Positions 1-12,771 of a stretch of 64,000 nt of DNA are shown piece after piece. The number at the start of each line of letters is the position of its first letter. Within the stretch, counting starts at the first letter, position 1. The notes under the pieces were generated by a model. It was not told the origin of the DNA. It worked only from the letters and a program-made list of their open reading frames with translations, and made no database searches. Source of the DNA: an uncultured delta proteobacterium. GTDB lineage: Bacteria > Myxococcota > Myxococcia > Myxococcales > Myxococcaceae. The DNA lies in contig CAWCKH010000004.1 in the NCBI GenBank assembly GCA_963796055.1, forward strand, positions 736,001-800,000, read 5' to 3'. Made by a program: the position numbers and the translations under genes.

Positions 1-786
1 CGCCCGGGACAGACCGAGTCGCTGGACGGCCTGTCCTTCGAGCAGCTGGGTGAGCGGCTGGGCGAGTCCTTCGCCGATTCCGCGCACTTCCTCGGACGCG
101 CCGCCGAGCTGCAGCAGCAGGACGGAGCGGTGACCGGCGAGTGCTGGACGATGAGCGACGGGCGGGTGCTCGAGTGCGACGTCCTCCCGGTCATGGTGGA
201 GGGCCGGCGGAACGAGCAGCTGTGGCTGTGGCGGGACGTGACCGAACGCGCCCGCCCGCGAACCGTCGAGGGGCACGGGCACCCGCACGAGCCGAACCTG
301 TCGTACCTCGACGAGCTCACCGGGCTCTACAACCGCCGCGGCTTCCTGCGGTTCGCCCGGGCCCAGCTCGATGCCGCGGCGATGGCCCACCGCCCGATGC
401 TCCTCATCTTCGTGGACCTGGACGGCCTCAAGTACATCAACGATCGGCTGGGACACGCCGCCGGAGACCGGGCGCTGGTGGACACCAGCACGGTGCTCAA
501 GTCCACCTTCCGCGAGCGCGACGTGGTGGCACGCCTCGGCGGCGACGAATTCGTGGTGCTGGTGACCGACTCCTCCGCGGTCCGGGAGGCGGACCTCCTC
601 GCCCGTCTCGCCGGCCGGCTGGGGGCCCTGAACGCCCGCCCCGGCCGTGAGTTCCAGCTCGCGTTCAGCACCGGGGTGGCGGCGTTCGATCCGGCGGCGC
701 CGGAACCGCTGGAGGAGCTGCTCTCCGAGGCCGACAGCCGGATGTACCTCGACAAGCGCCGCCGCAAGGACGCCTCGGCGAACTGA
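1..786 (+). CDS. Sensor (PAS-like) diguanylate cyclase, 5'-truncated by the window edge
   Basis: Frame is open from base 1. PAS-like C-terminal 'WLWRDVTER', then DELTGLYNRR, DLDGLKYIND..GHAAGD and RLGGDEF; RxxD I-site (RERD) upstream of GGDEF. Confidence 0.92.
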   Translation, partial: RPGQTESLDGLSFEQLGERLGESFADSAHFLGRAAELQQQDGAVTGECWTMSDGRVLECDVLPVMVEGRRNEQLWLWRDVTERARPRTVEGHGHPHEPNLSYLDELTGLYNRRGFLRFARAQLDAAAMAHRPMLLIFVDLDGLKYINDRLGHAAGDRALVDTSTVLKSTFRERDVVARLGGDEFVVLVTDSSAVREADLLARLAGRLGALNARPGREFQLAFSTGVAAFDPAAPEPLEELLSEADSRMYLDKRRRKDASAN

Positions 787-806
787 CTCCGGCCCGGGGC
801 CGAGCG

Positions 807-3542
<2,736 letters not shown>

Positions 3543-3751
3543 GGCCGTGCACCCGGGGGTATGCCCGGGAGAACGACCGAGCGCAACGACCGCGCGCCCG
3601 ATGGCTTCCATGCGCGCGTCGCACGAGCCAGGACGCCGGGCGCCGGCGGAAGCCACGAGCGCCAGCAACCCCCGGGGGTGGTCTACGGACGACGGACGCT
3701 GCGCGGGCTGATTGACCGTGCCTGCTCGGCCGAGCAGTCTGAGCGCCCACC

Positions 3752-4036
3752 ATGGCCGCGTGCGAGCATGTCCTGACCCTCAAGCCGGTCCACCCTCACA
3801 CCACCAAGGGCTGCGAGGACTGCCTCAAGATGGGCGGGCGGTGGGTGCACCTTCGCCTGTGCCTGACCTGCGGCCACGTGGGCTGCTGCGACTCGAGCCC
3901 GAACCAGCACGCGACGAAGCACTTCCACGCCACCCAGCACCCGGTCGTCCAGTCGCTGGAGCCTGGAGAGGACTGGGGCTGGTGCTACATCGACGAGGTC
4001 GACTTCGAGGGCGACGAGCTGCCGCCGCGCGCCTGA
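3752..4036 (+). CDS. UBP-type zinc finger protein
   Basis: CEDC...[28 protein letters not shown]...[10 protein letters not shown], the typical stand-alone bacterial zf-UBP pattern. Confidence 0.9.
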   Translation: MAACEHVLTLKPVHPHTTKGCEDCLKMGGRWVHLRLCLTCGHVGCCDSSPNQHATKHFHATQHPVVQSLEPGEDWGWCYIDEVDFEGDELPPRA

Positions 4037-4047
4037 AGAACAGAGGA

Positions 4048-4428
4048 ATGAACCAGACCCCTTCGCGGAGAGCCGTGTCCACCCGTGGGCGGCTCGGCGC
4101 GGTGCTCCTCGCGCTCACCGGGAGCGCCACCGGGTGCGCCACGGCCTCTCCCACGCCCGAGGCCCGGCGGGTCATACCCGTCAACGGCGTGCCCGGTCCC
4201 CGCTGCGAGAACCTCGGGACGGTCATCGGCCAGACCCAGGCTCGCAGATCCGAGGCCACCCAAGAGCAGCTCGTCTCCGAGGCCACGACGGACGCGCTGG
4301 AGAGAGCGGCGGCGCTGGGGGCGACACACATCTTTCTCTCGCCGGTGACGCTGCGGCATCAGGGCGGAGCACCGGCCTCGGCAACGCTCACCGGCGTCGC
4401 CTTCCGGTGCCCGCCCGCGGCTCCCTGA
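4048..4428 (+). CDS. Small lipoprotein, DUF4156-like
   Basis: GAGG RBS before ATG 4048; signal peptide ending ATGC; C.LG.V.G...AAALGATHI...GVAFRC pattern. Confidence 0.65.
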   Translation: MNQTPSRRAVSTRGRLGAVLLALTGSATGCATASPTPEARRVIPVNGVPGPRCENLGTVIGQTQARRSEATQEQLVSEATTDALERAAALGATHIFLSPVTLRHQGGAPASATLTGVAFRCPPAAP

Positions 4429-4467
4429 CCGGCGATCAGCCGGAGCTCGGTCAGAGGGTTCGGGGGT

Positions 4468-5394
4468 CTAGCGGGTTCCGTCGAGCGCGCGGAGCGCAGC
4501 GCGCGAAACCGCCTCGCGAGCCCAGGCGGGCTCGAGGACCTCGGCCTCGCCCCCGAAGGAGAGGACCCACTGGACCAGCCAGCCCTCCTCACCGGACACC
4601 TTGACCTCCACTCCGCCGTCGGTGAGCTCGCGGGCCTCGCCGCCGAAGCGCTCGCGGAGATACGGCGCCGCGCCGGCGGTGAAGCGGACCCGCACCTCGC
4701 CCCGCTCGGCCGGGTCCGGCACCCGCGCCGGGGGCATCGACCGCGGGGAGAAGGTCCGGTCCGTCCGCTGGATGCCGGTCATCCGGTCCAGCCGGAAGAG
4801 CCGCTCGGAGCCGCGGGCGAGGTCCCAGCCATACAGGTACCACTGCCCACGGTGGTTGAAGACCTCCGCCGGCTCGACCCGACGGTGCTCGGCGGCGGTG
4901 CTGCCCCGTCCGGCGTAGTCGAACTCGAGCTCCCGGCGCTCCTCCGCCGCACGGGTGAGGATGCCGAGCTCCTCGGAGGCGAGGGAGCGCGCGTTCACCG
5001 CGCTCCCCAGCTCCCGGTACATCTTCTTGGCCTGCGCCGGGAGCACCTTCTCCAGCTTGGCCAGCGCCGAGGCCAGCGCGCTCTGGGCGGCGGGACGGAG
5101 CAGCTCCGCGGCGGCGGCGAGCGCGGCCGCCTCCGGACCGGTCAGCCGGGGCGGTTTGCTGAAGCGCTGGTCGAGGTCCACCCAGACGCGGTCGTTCTCC
5201 ACGTGCAGATCGATGAAGTCGTCCGGCTGGAACGGGGGGCGCCCCACCATGGTGAGCAGCTCGAGATCGCGGAGCAGCTCCTCGCGGCTCACGCCGAGCT
5301 GACTGGCCAGCGCCTCCACCGTCACCCCGCGGTGACGGGCGACGTAGGGGACCACGAAGAGGAGGCGGCGAAGCCGCTCGTGGACGTCGCTCAC
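4468..5394 (-). CDS. pafC: HTH-WYL-WCX transcriptional regulator, PafC-like
   Basis: GTG start overlaps the upstream TGA (GTGA at 5394-5391). RLRRLLFVVPYV..GVTVEALASQLGVS..LLRDLELL..G.PP..PDDFIDL; WYL motif in 'GQWYLYGWD..RLFRLDRM'. Confidence 0.85.
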   Translation of the reverse strand: MSDVHERLRRLLFVVPYVARHRGVTVEALASQLGVSREELLRDLELLTMVGRPPFQPDDFIDLHVENDRVWVDLDQRFSKPPRLTGPEAAALAAAAELLRPAAQSALASALAKLEKVLPAQAKKMYRELGSAVNARSLASEELGILTRAAEERRELEFDYAGRGSTAAEHRRVEPAEVFNHRGQWYLYGWDLARGSERLFRLDRMTGIQRTDRTFSPRSMPPARVPDPAERGEVRVRFTAGAAPYLRERFGGEARELTDGGVEVKVSGEEGWLVQWVLSFGGEAEVLEPAWAREAVSRAALRALDGTR

Positions 5395-6392
5395 GCCTTG
5401 CCTCCGTGCCGCGCGGCCACCGCCTGGGCGAGCGCGCGGAAGCGGGCCCGCGCCGGCTCGGGCGAGAGCACCCGGGCCTGCGGCCACAGCGCGAGGACGT
5501 GCTTCAGCAGCGCATCCAGCAGGGTGACGGTGAGCACCACCTCGGTCCGGCCACCGCTCCGTTCCACGCGCCCGTCGGGGAAGTGCGCGCCCGCCTGGGC
5601 CGCCAACGGACCCTGGAGCTCGAGCCGCACCTCCACCGCCGGCTCGATGCCCCACTGCCAGGGGGCGTGCGGTACGTGGGCGTCGACGACGAAGTCCTTC
5701 GGCACCTCGAAGTCGTGCGTCCGGGGCTTGCTGCCGTTCATCTTCAGCTCCCGGATGCGGTGGACGTGGAAGGTGCGGAGGTCCTGCCGCATGTGGCAGT
5801 AGCCCACCAGCGACCAGACGCCCCGGCGGAGCACCAGCCCGTACGGGTCCACCTTCCGGGTCGACGGCTCGGGACGCTTGGGCGAGAGGTAGACGATCTC
5901 CACCCACTTCCGCGCGCTGGCCGCACCCCAGAGCACTTCCAGGAATTCGGGCACGGCGGCGGTCTCGCGCACCGCGCCCAGCTCCATCCGCACCCGCGGC
6001 CTGACCAGCTCGCCGCCGGCGAAGAAGGCGATCTTCCTCAGTGCGTGTTTGAGATCGTGCCTGCCGGGAAAGGCGCCGGAAGCCAGCGCGGCCGAGCCGG
6101 CGGCGTAGAGCACCGCCATCTCCTCGGGGGTGAAGCCGGGCTCGGGCAGGTAGTACGCGCTCCGGTCGAGGAGGTACCCGTCCTTGCGGTCCTCGTCGCC
6201 CTGGACGTAGGTGAGCGGGATGCCCAGCTCGAGGAGCTCGGCCTTGTCGCGCTCGAACTTCCGCTCGGTGGCCTCGTCGCTGCCGCTCCCGTAGTCCTCG
6301 GGGAAGCTCTCCTTGAGCTCGGCCCAGGAGACCGGCTCGTGCGCGTCGAGCAGCAGCGCCACGAGGTCCAGCAGGCGTTCGGTACGGTCCAT
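5391..6392 (-). CDS. pafB: HTH-WYL-WCX transcriptional regulator, PafB-like
   Basis: MDRTERLLDLVALLL..ATERKFERDKAELLELGIPL..GY..YYLPEPGFTPEE; VDPYGLVLRRGVWSLVGYC..RTFHVHRI. Confidence 0.85.
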   Translation of the reverse strand: MDRTERLLDLVALLLDAHEPVSWAELKESFPEDYGSGSDEATERKFERDKAELLELGIPLTYVQGDEDRKDGYLLDRSAYYLPEPGFTPEEMAVLYAAGSAALASGAFPGRHDLKHALRKIAFFAGGELVRPRVRMELGAVRETAAVPEFLEVLWGAASARKWVEIVYLSPKRPEPSTRKVDPYGLVLRRGVWSLVGYCHMRQDLRTFHVHRIRELKMNGSKPRTHDFEVPKDFVVDAHVPHAPWQWGIEPAVEVRLELQGPLAAQAGAHFPDGRVERSGGRTEVVLTVTLLDALLKHVLALWPQARVLSPEPARARFRALAQAVAARHGGKA

Positions 6393-6450
6393 GGCGACGC
6401 AGACCAGCATGTGGACGAAGAACCCTGGCCCGTCAAGGCTGGGGGACGGG

Positions 6451-6459
6451 TGGTAGCGT
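6451..6459 (+). promoter_or_regulatory. Candidate extended -10 element (TGnTAGCGT) for the aminotransferase, probably giving a near-leaderless mRNA
   Basis: TGGTAGCGT ends 8 nt before GTG 6468; no convincing Shine-Dalgarno in between. Confidence 0.35.
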
Positions 6460-6467
6460 CCGGGACC

Positions 6468-7649
6468 GTGCAGGCTTCGGGACGTGTGCGGGCGCTCCAG
6501 CCCACGGTGTTCTCCGAGTTCAGCGCGCTTGCGGCACGCTCGGGCGCGGTGAACCTCGGCCAGGGCTTTCCCGACTTCGATGGGCCGGAGGCGGTGCGGG
6601 AGGCGGCCGTGGCCGCGCTCCGCCGGGGCGAGAACCAGTACGCACCCGGACTCGGCGCGGTGCCGCTCCGGCAGGCGATCTCAGAGCATGCGCGGCGCTT
6701 CCTCGGGCTCACCATCGACCCCGAGACCGAGGTGGTCGTGACCTGCGGTGCGACCGAGGCAATCTTCGACGCGGTCCAGGGGCTGGTGGACCCCGGTGAC
6801 GAGGTGGTCGCCTTTCAGCCGGTGTACGACTCGTACGCGGCCAGCGTGGCCATGGCCGGTGGGGTGCTGCGGCCCGTCACCTTGCGGCCACCCGACGCCG
6901 CACACCCGCGCTGGTGGTTCGAGCCGTCCGAGCTCGAGGGGGCATTCGGGCCGCGCACCCGGGTGGTGCTCCTGAACACGCCGCACAACCCCACCGGCAA
7001 GGTATTCACCCTGCGGGAGCTGGAGCAGGTCGCGGGGCTGGCCCAGCGGTGGAACGCGGTCGCGGTGGTGGACGAGGTCTACGCACACCTCGTCTACGAC
7101 GGCGCCGGGCACCGCTCGCTGGCCGGACTGCCGGGGATGGCCGAGCGCACGCTCACCGTGAGCAGCGCGGCCAAGACGTTCGGCCTCACCGGGTGGAAGG
7201 TGGGCTGGGCGATGGGCCCGCGCGTGCTCCGGGACGCGGTGCTGCAGGCGCACCAGTACGTGACCTTCGCAGTGCCCACGCCGCTGCAGCACGCGGTCGC
7301 GGCGGCTCTGCGGCTCCCGGACGCGTACTTCCTGGAGCTGCAGGCCGACTACGCCCGACGGCGCGGGAAGCTCCTCCACGCGCTCGACGCGGCTGGCCTG
7401 GTGCCGTGGTCGCCCGAGGGTGCCTACTTCGCCTGCGTGGACGTGGCCGGCCGCGGCTTCACCGACGACGACGCGTTCTGCCGGGACCTCACCACCCGGG
7501 TGGGTGTGGCGGCGATCCCGCTGTCGGCGTTCTACGTGGACCGTTCGCGAGCGCCGTGCGTGGCCCGCTTCGCCTTCTGCAAGGCAGATGCGACGCTGGA
7601 CGAAGCCGCGCGGCGGCTACGGGCGGCCGAGCTCGGACCGCTCAGGTAA
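6468..7649 (+). CDS. PLP-dependent class I/II aminotransferase (YbdL/DapC-like)
   Basis: AVNLGQGFPDFDGP, NQYAPG.G, LNTPHNPTGKVF, DEVY, SAAKTFGLTGWKVGW (PLP lysine), RFAFCK. Confidence 0.92.
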   Translation: MQASGRVRALQPTVFSEFSALAARSGAVNLGQGFPDFDGPEAVREAAVAALRRGENQYAPGLGAVPLRQAISEHARRFLGLTIDPETEVVVTCGATEAIFDAVQGLVDPGDEVVAFQPVYDSYAASVAMAGGVLRPVTLRPPDAAHPRWWFEPSELEGAFGPRTRVVLLNTPHNPTGKVFTLRELEQVAGLAQRWNAVAVVDEVYAHLVYDGAGHRSLAGLPGMAERTLTVSSAAKTFGLTGWKVGWAMGPRVLRDAVLQAHQYVTFAVPTPLQHAVAAALRLPDAYFLELQADYARRRGKLLHALDAAGLVPWSPEGAYFACVDVAGRGFTDDDAFCRDLTTRVGVAAIPLSAFYVDRSRAPCVARFAFCKADATLDEAARRLRAAELGPLR

Positions 7650-8184
7650 CCGGGAACCGCTGCCAGGCCGCGAGGGCGTTGCCGAGGACGTGCATCCAGA
7701 AGGTGACCCGGGTGGACCCGGTGCGGAGCCGCGCCAGCCCGAGCAGGAGGCCGTCCACCAGGACCTGCGCCAGATCCAGCCCTCGGTACTGCCCGTGGGC
7801 GAGCGCGAAGACCAGCGCGGTGCCGACGACCGTCGGAACGGGTCCCACGCGCGGGAGGAGCACCTGGAAGAGGAGCCCGCGGAACACCAGCTCCTCGAGC
7901 AGCGGGGCCAGGACCACGATGCCCAGCACCCGGATCGCCAGCGCAGGACCGTGGTCCGTGAAATGGGGCGCCTCGGGGTGCCCGAGCGACCAGGAGACGA
8001 GCTCCCCGGCGGCGAGCCAGAGCGCCCAGAGGAGCAGCCACTGGACCATCACCCTCGGAGCCACCGGCTTCCAGGCCAGGCGCTCCCGGGCCGCAGGCCG
8101 CACCCGCGCGACGACCGTGAGGACCAGGAGCCCCACCGCGAACGGACCGACCCGGGTCAGGGATTCCTGGAGCTGGGAGCCCAT
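7642..8184 (-). CDS. CPBP (CAAX/Abi) family intramembrane glutamic endopeptidase
   Basis: Hydrophobic; APLLEELVFRG, FALAH and H..GN motifs. Confidence 0.88.
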   Translation of the reverse strand: MGSQLQESLTRVGPFAVGLLVLTVVARVRPAARERLAWKPVAPRVMVQWLLLWALWLAAGELVSWSLGHPEAPHFTDHGPALAIRVLGIVVLAPLLEELVFRGLLFQVLLPRVGPVPTVVGTALVFALAHGQYRGLDLAQVLVDGLLLGLARLRTGSTRVTFWMHVLGNALAAWQRFPVT

Positions 8185-8220
8185 CTCCGGCGCACCCTAG
8201 GCCGGAGCAGGCCCCGGACG

Positions 8221-8628
8221 TCAGCCGGATTCGGGCCGGAACTGGAGCGCCACGCCGTTCATGCAGAAGCGCTCGCCGGTCGGCTGTGGCCCATCCTCGA
8301 AGACGTGGCCGAGGTGGCCGCCGCAGCGGGCGCAGTGGACCTCGGTCCGGACCATCCCGTGGCTCTCGTCGGTCTCGGTCTCCACGGCGCCTGCGAGCGG
8401 GGCGGTGAAGCTCGGCCAGCCGGTCCCGCTCTCGAACTTGTCCTTCGAGGCGAAGAGCGCCTGTCCGCACCCCGCGCAGAGGAAGGTCCCGGGACGCTTC
8501 TCGCGGTTCAGCGGGCTGGTGAAGGCGCGCTCGGTGCCGTGCTGACGCAGGACTACAAACGCGGCGTGGGACAGCTGCTTCCTCCACTCGTCATCGCCGT
8601 GCTCCACCTCGAAGTGCTTCGGATTCAT
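8221..8628 (-). CDS. msrB: Peptide-methionine (R)-S-oxide reductase
   Basis: GTERAF, CAGC, KFESGTGWPSF, RTEVHCARCGGHLGHVFEDGP.PTGERFCMNG. Confidence 0.96.
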   Translation of the reverse strand: MNPKHFEVEHGDDEWRKQLSHAAFVVLRQHGTERAFTSPLNREKRPGTFLCAGCGQALFASKDKFESGTGWPSFTAPLAGAVETETDESHGMVRTEVHCARCGGHLGHVFEDGPQPTGERFCMNGVALQFRPESG

Positions 8629-8764
8629 CTCGTGTTGCCCTCCATGCCCCCTTCTACGCCCGAGATGGCCCTCGAGTTTCGGTGACGGTTCACGGCCGGT
8701 TCCTGCGCATCGCACGTCGAGGCCACCGCCCGGGGAACGGGGCGAACATCCGGAGGAAGGTCGA

Positions 8765-9067
8765 ATGCATGGAATGCCTGGAGTGCAACGGCTCGCGGCG
8801 GTGCTCGGGCTGTGCGGGCTCGCCCTGGGCTGCGGCTCGAAGCTGACCGGGACGTACACCAACGCCACCGGCATCGTGATGCTCGAGCTGAAGTCCGGCG
8901 GGAAGGCCACCATGGGCCTGGGCGGCGACACCAAGGACTGCACCTACACCGAGGACGGGAAACAGATTCACCTGAGCTGCGCCGGCGACAGGATCACCCT
9001 GCGGGTGAACGACGACGGCTCCCTGTTCGCTCCCGGATTCGTCGGGGTGATGAAGAAGTCCAAGTAG
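8765..9067 (+). CDS. Small lipoprotein, hypothetical
   Basis: GGAGGAAGG RBS; lipobox LALGC; GC3-rich codons. Confidence 0.7.
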   Translation: MHGMPGVQRLAAVLGLCGLALGCGSKLTGTYTNATGIVMLELKSGGKATMGLGGDTKDCTYTEDGKQIHLSCAGDRITLRVNDDGSLFAPGFVGVMKKSK

Positions 9068-9088
9068 CGAGACGCTCCCCGTCGACCG

Positions 9089-9437
9089 GTGCGCCGTGCG
9101 ATGCTCCTCGGCAGGGGGAGAACGTGTCACGGACATCGGCTGCTCACGGCGTCCCGCTTGCGGTCCTCCCCGGGGTATTCGGCGTACCTCGTTGACACCT
9201 CGACCGGCCGGGCAATCTCTGCTTGCTGCATCGCCGGCCCACTCTTCCCTGAGCCCGATGGCGGATTGCGGGCCAGCCTGCGATCCCAGCCTGCCTGTCC
9301 AGGTCCACGAGCTTCGCTCCCCCTACGGAGGGGGAAGCTGCCCCGAGCTTGCGGAGTACGGCGACGGCAGATGGATCTGCGAGGCGGTTTCCTTCGACGG
9401 GGGCATCCTCTGGACCAGCGGGTTCTGCCAGGATTGA
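9089..9437 (+). pseudogene. Frameshifted or degenerate paralog of the adjacent Cys-rich lipoprotein
   Basis: Pieces in two frames (GCSRRPAC; ACCIAGPLFPEPDGG; CGPACD..PYGGGSCPELAEYGDGRWIC..DGGILWTSGFCQD) align with 9484..9876; one shift is at TT 9266-9267. Confidence 0.6.
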
Positions 9438-9483
9438 AGCCATGAACTTGATGGTGAAGTCGCTGCCCGAGGGAACGGTGCCG

Positions 9484-9876
9484 ATGCGCCTCGGGCGTGC
9501 GACGCTGGTCCTCGGCGTCCTCGGCATCGCAACCGCCTGCTCGAGCAATCCACGCTGCACGGTCCCGGTCGGGACGCCAATCGACAGCCTCCCCGTGACC
9601 CAATTCGTCGGCCACAGCTATCTCACTTACGGAAGCGATGGGCGGATCGTCGGCACCGATTCTTGCTGCGCAGGAGGCCCTCGCTTCCCCTTCCCGGACG
9701 GCGGATGCGGCGAGGTCTGCGACGGTCAACTCCGAAGCGACGACTACCTTCTGGGGCTTCCCTACGGGACCGGCGCTTGCCCCGATGAGGCGGAGTACGG
9801 GAGCGGTGAGTACGAGTGCTTCGTCTGGACCCTGGACGGCGGGGTGGTCCTCTCGAGCGGTGTCTGCGTCGATTGA
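9484..9876 (+). CDS. Small Cys-rich lipoprotein, hypothetical
   Basis: Signal peptide with lipobox ATAC; 8 further Cys; ends ..DGGVVLSSGVCVD. Confidence 0.7.
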   Translation: MRLGRATLVLGVLGIATACSSNPRCTVPVGTPIDSLPVTQFVGHSYLTYGSDGRIVGTDSCCAGGPRFPFPDGGCGEVCDGQLRSDDYLLGLPYGTGACPDEAEYGSGEYECFVWTLDGGVVLSSGVCVD

Positions 9877-9891
9877 GGCGAACGGCGGCCG

Positions 9892-10659
9892 TCAGTCGGA
9901 GACCAGGAGCGAGAGCGCCTCGTGGACGGCCTCGGGGAAGACCTCGTGCTCGCCCGGGAGCTCGCGGAAGACCACCCGGTACCCGGCCGAGCGGAGCGCA
10001 GGGACGATGGCCCGGCTGGAGGAGGCGATGGGCACCAGCCCGTCCTGGAGGCCGTGGGCGACGAGGAAGCGCGGGTGCCCCACCCGGCCGGTGACCGCGA
10101 TGCCCGTCGGAGAGAAGGCGAACACCCAGCCGAAGAGGTCGCCATTCGACGTTCCGAGCGAGAGCGCCATCGTGGCCCCGGCCGAGAATCCGCCGAGCGC
10201 GATGTGGCCAGCGTCCACCGACACGCGGTGGAAGGTCTCGGCGAGCGCCGCGTCGAGGAAGCGGCGGTCCTCTCCGAAGTCGCCGAGCTGGTAGTCCCAG
10301 CTCCAGCCGCGGCTGTCCGGCATCAGCACCGCCACCCCGTGCTCCTCGGCGTCGCTCTTGACGGTCGGCCAGATGCGCCCCGCCGAGCCCCCCGCCCCGT
10401 GCAGCATGACCAGAAGGGCGACGGGGTGTGAGCGCGCGGTCACCGGGACGAAGAGGAGCCCGTCGCGCGCCGCCCCGAGGCCGAGATGTCGAAGCCCCGG
10501 TTCGGCCGGATGGAAACCTGGCTCCGGCCGGGCATGGAGTCGGACGGTCTCGGGAGCCGGTCCGGTCTCGATGCGGACGTTTGGAGGGGGGCCGCCCGCG
10601 CAGCCGGCCAGGACGAGGGCGAGGAGAGCGCTCCGGGGCGGCACGTCCGGCAGTTTCAC
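9892..10659 (-). CDS. Alpha/beta hydrolase (phospholipase/carboxylesterase) lipoprotein
   Basis: Lipobox LAGC; LHGAGG, GFSAG nucleophile elbow, HG..D, GEH. Start approximate. Confidence 0.85.
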   Translation of the reverse strand: MKLPDVPPRSALLALVLAGCAGGPPPNVRIETGPAPETVRLHARPEPGFHPAEPGLRHLGLGAARDGLLFVPVTARSHPVALLVMLHGAGGSAGRIWPTVKSDAEEHGVAVLMPDSRGWSWDYQLGDFGEDRRFLDAALAETFHRVSVDAGHIALGGFSAGATMALSLGTSNGDLFGWVFAFSPTGIAVTGRVGHPRFLVAHGLQDGLVPIASSSRAIVPALRSAGYRVVFRELPGEHEVFPEAVHEALSLLVSD

Positions 10660-10800
10660 CACGCCCGCGGGCCGCCGGGGGACGGCTGACGGATGCTGGT
10701 GGTCCATTCGCTGCCCCGGCCGGCTGATCGGACGAGCGGAGGGGCCGGGAAATGGCTAGATCGTCGACACGGGCAGCCCCCTGCCCCCGGGAGAGCGCAC

Positions 10801-12531
10801 CTGAAAGACCTGTCCGGGAACACCCTCGGCCTCAAGCCAAGCGAGCTGCAGCAACTCCGCAACACCTACCGCCGCCGGGTCTCCCCGCACGAGATCGTCA
10901 GCGCCGAGCTGGCCCGGCATCTCACCGAGCTCTCGCTGCAGACGAATCGCCAGCTCGGAGTGCTGCTGAACCGCAAGGGCGAGGTGGAACGGGTGGTGGT
11001 GGGGAACGCCCACAAGCTCGAGCTCCCGGACATCGGCCGAGCCCGCGCCGGTCAGGTACGCCTCCGCGGTCTGCGGCTGGTCCACACCCACCTCAAGTCC
11101 GAGCCTCTCACCCGGGACGACCTCACCGACCTCGCGCTGCTCCGGCTGGACCTGGTGGCCGCCGTCGGGGTCCGCCCGGACGGGCTTCCCGGGGTGCTTC
11201 ACTTCGCACACCTGGTCCCGGCGAACGGCGACGGGAGCTTCTGGCGGACGGAGACCTTGCCCTCGGTGCACGGACCGCAGCCGGACCTCGCGGCCACCCT
11301 CAGCGCGCTGGAGGACGAGCTGGCACAGGGGACCCTGTCACGCACCGTGTCCGGGCGCGAGCGGGCGATGCTGGTGGGCGTGTCGCTCGACGGCCAGCGC
11401 GGCCGCGCCGAGGCATCGCTCACCGAGCTTCGCGAGCTGGCCCGGACCGCCGGGGTGGAGGTCCTCGACTCGGTGCTGCAGATGCGGCGCGAACCCGACC
11501 CGCGCTACCTCATCGGCCGCGGCAAGCTGGAGGAGCTGAATCTCAAATCGATGCAGCTCGGAGCGGACCTCCTGGTCTTCGACCGCGACCTCAGCCCGTC
11601 GCAGAGCCGGCACATCGCGGAAGAGACCAGTCTCAAGGTCCTGGACCGCACCCAGCTCATCCTCGACATCTTCGCCCAGCGCGCGCAGAGCGCCGACGGC
11701 AAGCTTCAAGTGGAGCTGGCCCAGCTGAAGTACCTCCTCCCGCGGCTGGCCCAGAGCGACGACTCGCTCTCCCGCCTTGCGGGCGGGATCGGTGGGCGCG
11801 GCCCCGGTGAGACCAAGCTGGAGATCGATCGCCGGCGGGTGCGCGACCGCATCGCCCATCTCGAGCGGCGCATCGAGCACCTCTCGCGCGAGCGCCAGGT
11901 CCGTCGGGGCCGGCGTGAGCGCCGCGAGCTGCCGGTCGTCTCCATCGTCGGCTACACCAACGCCGGCAAGTCCACCCTGCTCAATGCGCTGACCCACAGC
12001 GAGGTGTTGACGGAGAACAAGCTGTTCGCCACCCTCGACCCGACCAGCAGGCGGCTCCGCTTCCCCGAGGAGCGTGAGGTGATCATCACCGACACGGTGG
12101 GCTTCATCCGGGACCTTCCGCCCGATCTGGTGGCCGCCTTCCGCGCCACGCTCGAGGAGCTGGACGACGCCTCGTTGCTCCTGCACGTGGTGGACGCCTC
12201 GGACCCGGCGCACGACGCCCAGGTCGAGGCGGTGGAGCAGATCCTCGGGACGCTGGGCCTGCTCTCCAAGCCCCGCATCCTGGTGTGGAACAAGGCGGAC
12301 CGGATCGACCCCGAGCTGGCCAGGACACTCGTCCGCACGCGCGGCGGGGTGGCGATCAGCGCGATCGGGGGTCAGGGGCTCGAGGTGCTGCTGCACAAGG
12401 CGGACCGGACGTTGTTCGCCGAGGGTGCTTCGGACGAGCTCGGTGCGCTGGTCGCTCCGTTGCGCCGCCCCGAGGCGGCCGAGAGCCCGGCCGAGCTCCC
12501 CCTGGCCGAGGCCGCCGCCGCCGGTCGCTGA
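10801..12531 (+). CDS. hflX: GTPase HflX, long form with N-terminal extension
   Basis: [52 protein letters not shown]. Probable CTG start at 10801 behind a GGGAG RBS. Confidence 0.95.
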   Translation: MKDLSGNTLGLKPSELQQLRNTYRRRVSPHEIVSAELARHLTELSLQTNRQLGVLLNRKGEVERVVVGNAHKLELPDIGRARAGQVRLRGLRLVHTHLKSEPLTRDDLTDLALLRLDLVAAVGVRPDGLPGVLHFAHLVPANGDGSFWRTETLPSVHGPQPDLAATLSALEDELAQGTLSRTVSGRERAMLVGVSLDGQRGRAEASLTELRELARTAGVEVLDSVLQMRREPDPRYLIGRGKLEELNLKSMQLGADLLVFDRDLSPSQSRHIAEETSLKVLDRTQLILDIFAQRAQSADGKLQVELAQLKYLLPRLAQSDDSLSRLAGGIGGRGPGETKLEIDRRRVRDRIAHLERRIEHLSRERQVRRGRRERRELPVVSIVGYTNAGKSTLLNALTHSEVLTENKLFATLDPTSRRLRFPEEREVIITDTVGFIRDLPPDLVAAFRATLEELDDASLLLHVVDASDPAHDAQVEAVEQILGTLGLLSKPRILVWNKADRIDPELARTLVRTRGGVAISAIGGQGLEVLLHKADRTLFAEGASDELGALVAPLRRPEAAESPAELPLAEAAAAGR

Positions 12532-12771
12532 GCGCTGGAGGCGCCCAACCGCTCTGCGAGACTCGATCGCGCACTGCGTCGCAACGTCCTGCACTGCAAG
12601 GGCGCGCTCGATCCAACCCGCCCCCGGACCGCGCAATTCTTGCACGTGGTGGGCGGAGCGGACGGGTTGGTTGCCTGCCGGTCGCGCGTTTTCCCTTTGC
12701 GCTCCAGCGTCAGGCGGCCGAGATTGCGGCGCTCGTCGAAGGCCAACCCCTCTCACGAGAGGCGGTCTCAC

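Noticed and set aside
4468..6392. WYL genes as markers of a defence island
   Set aside because: The neighbours are housekeeping genes, with no nuclease, toxin or mobility genes.
5406..6467. N-terminal extension of the aminotransferase (747-aa ORF)
   Set aside because: It is the antisense shadow of pafB; recognisable sequence starts at about 6468.
12690..12735. Sigma54 promoter upstream of the permease (similar candidate near 21545)
   Set aside because: GG-to-GC spacing is 11 rather than the required 10.
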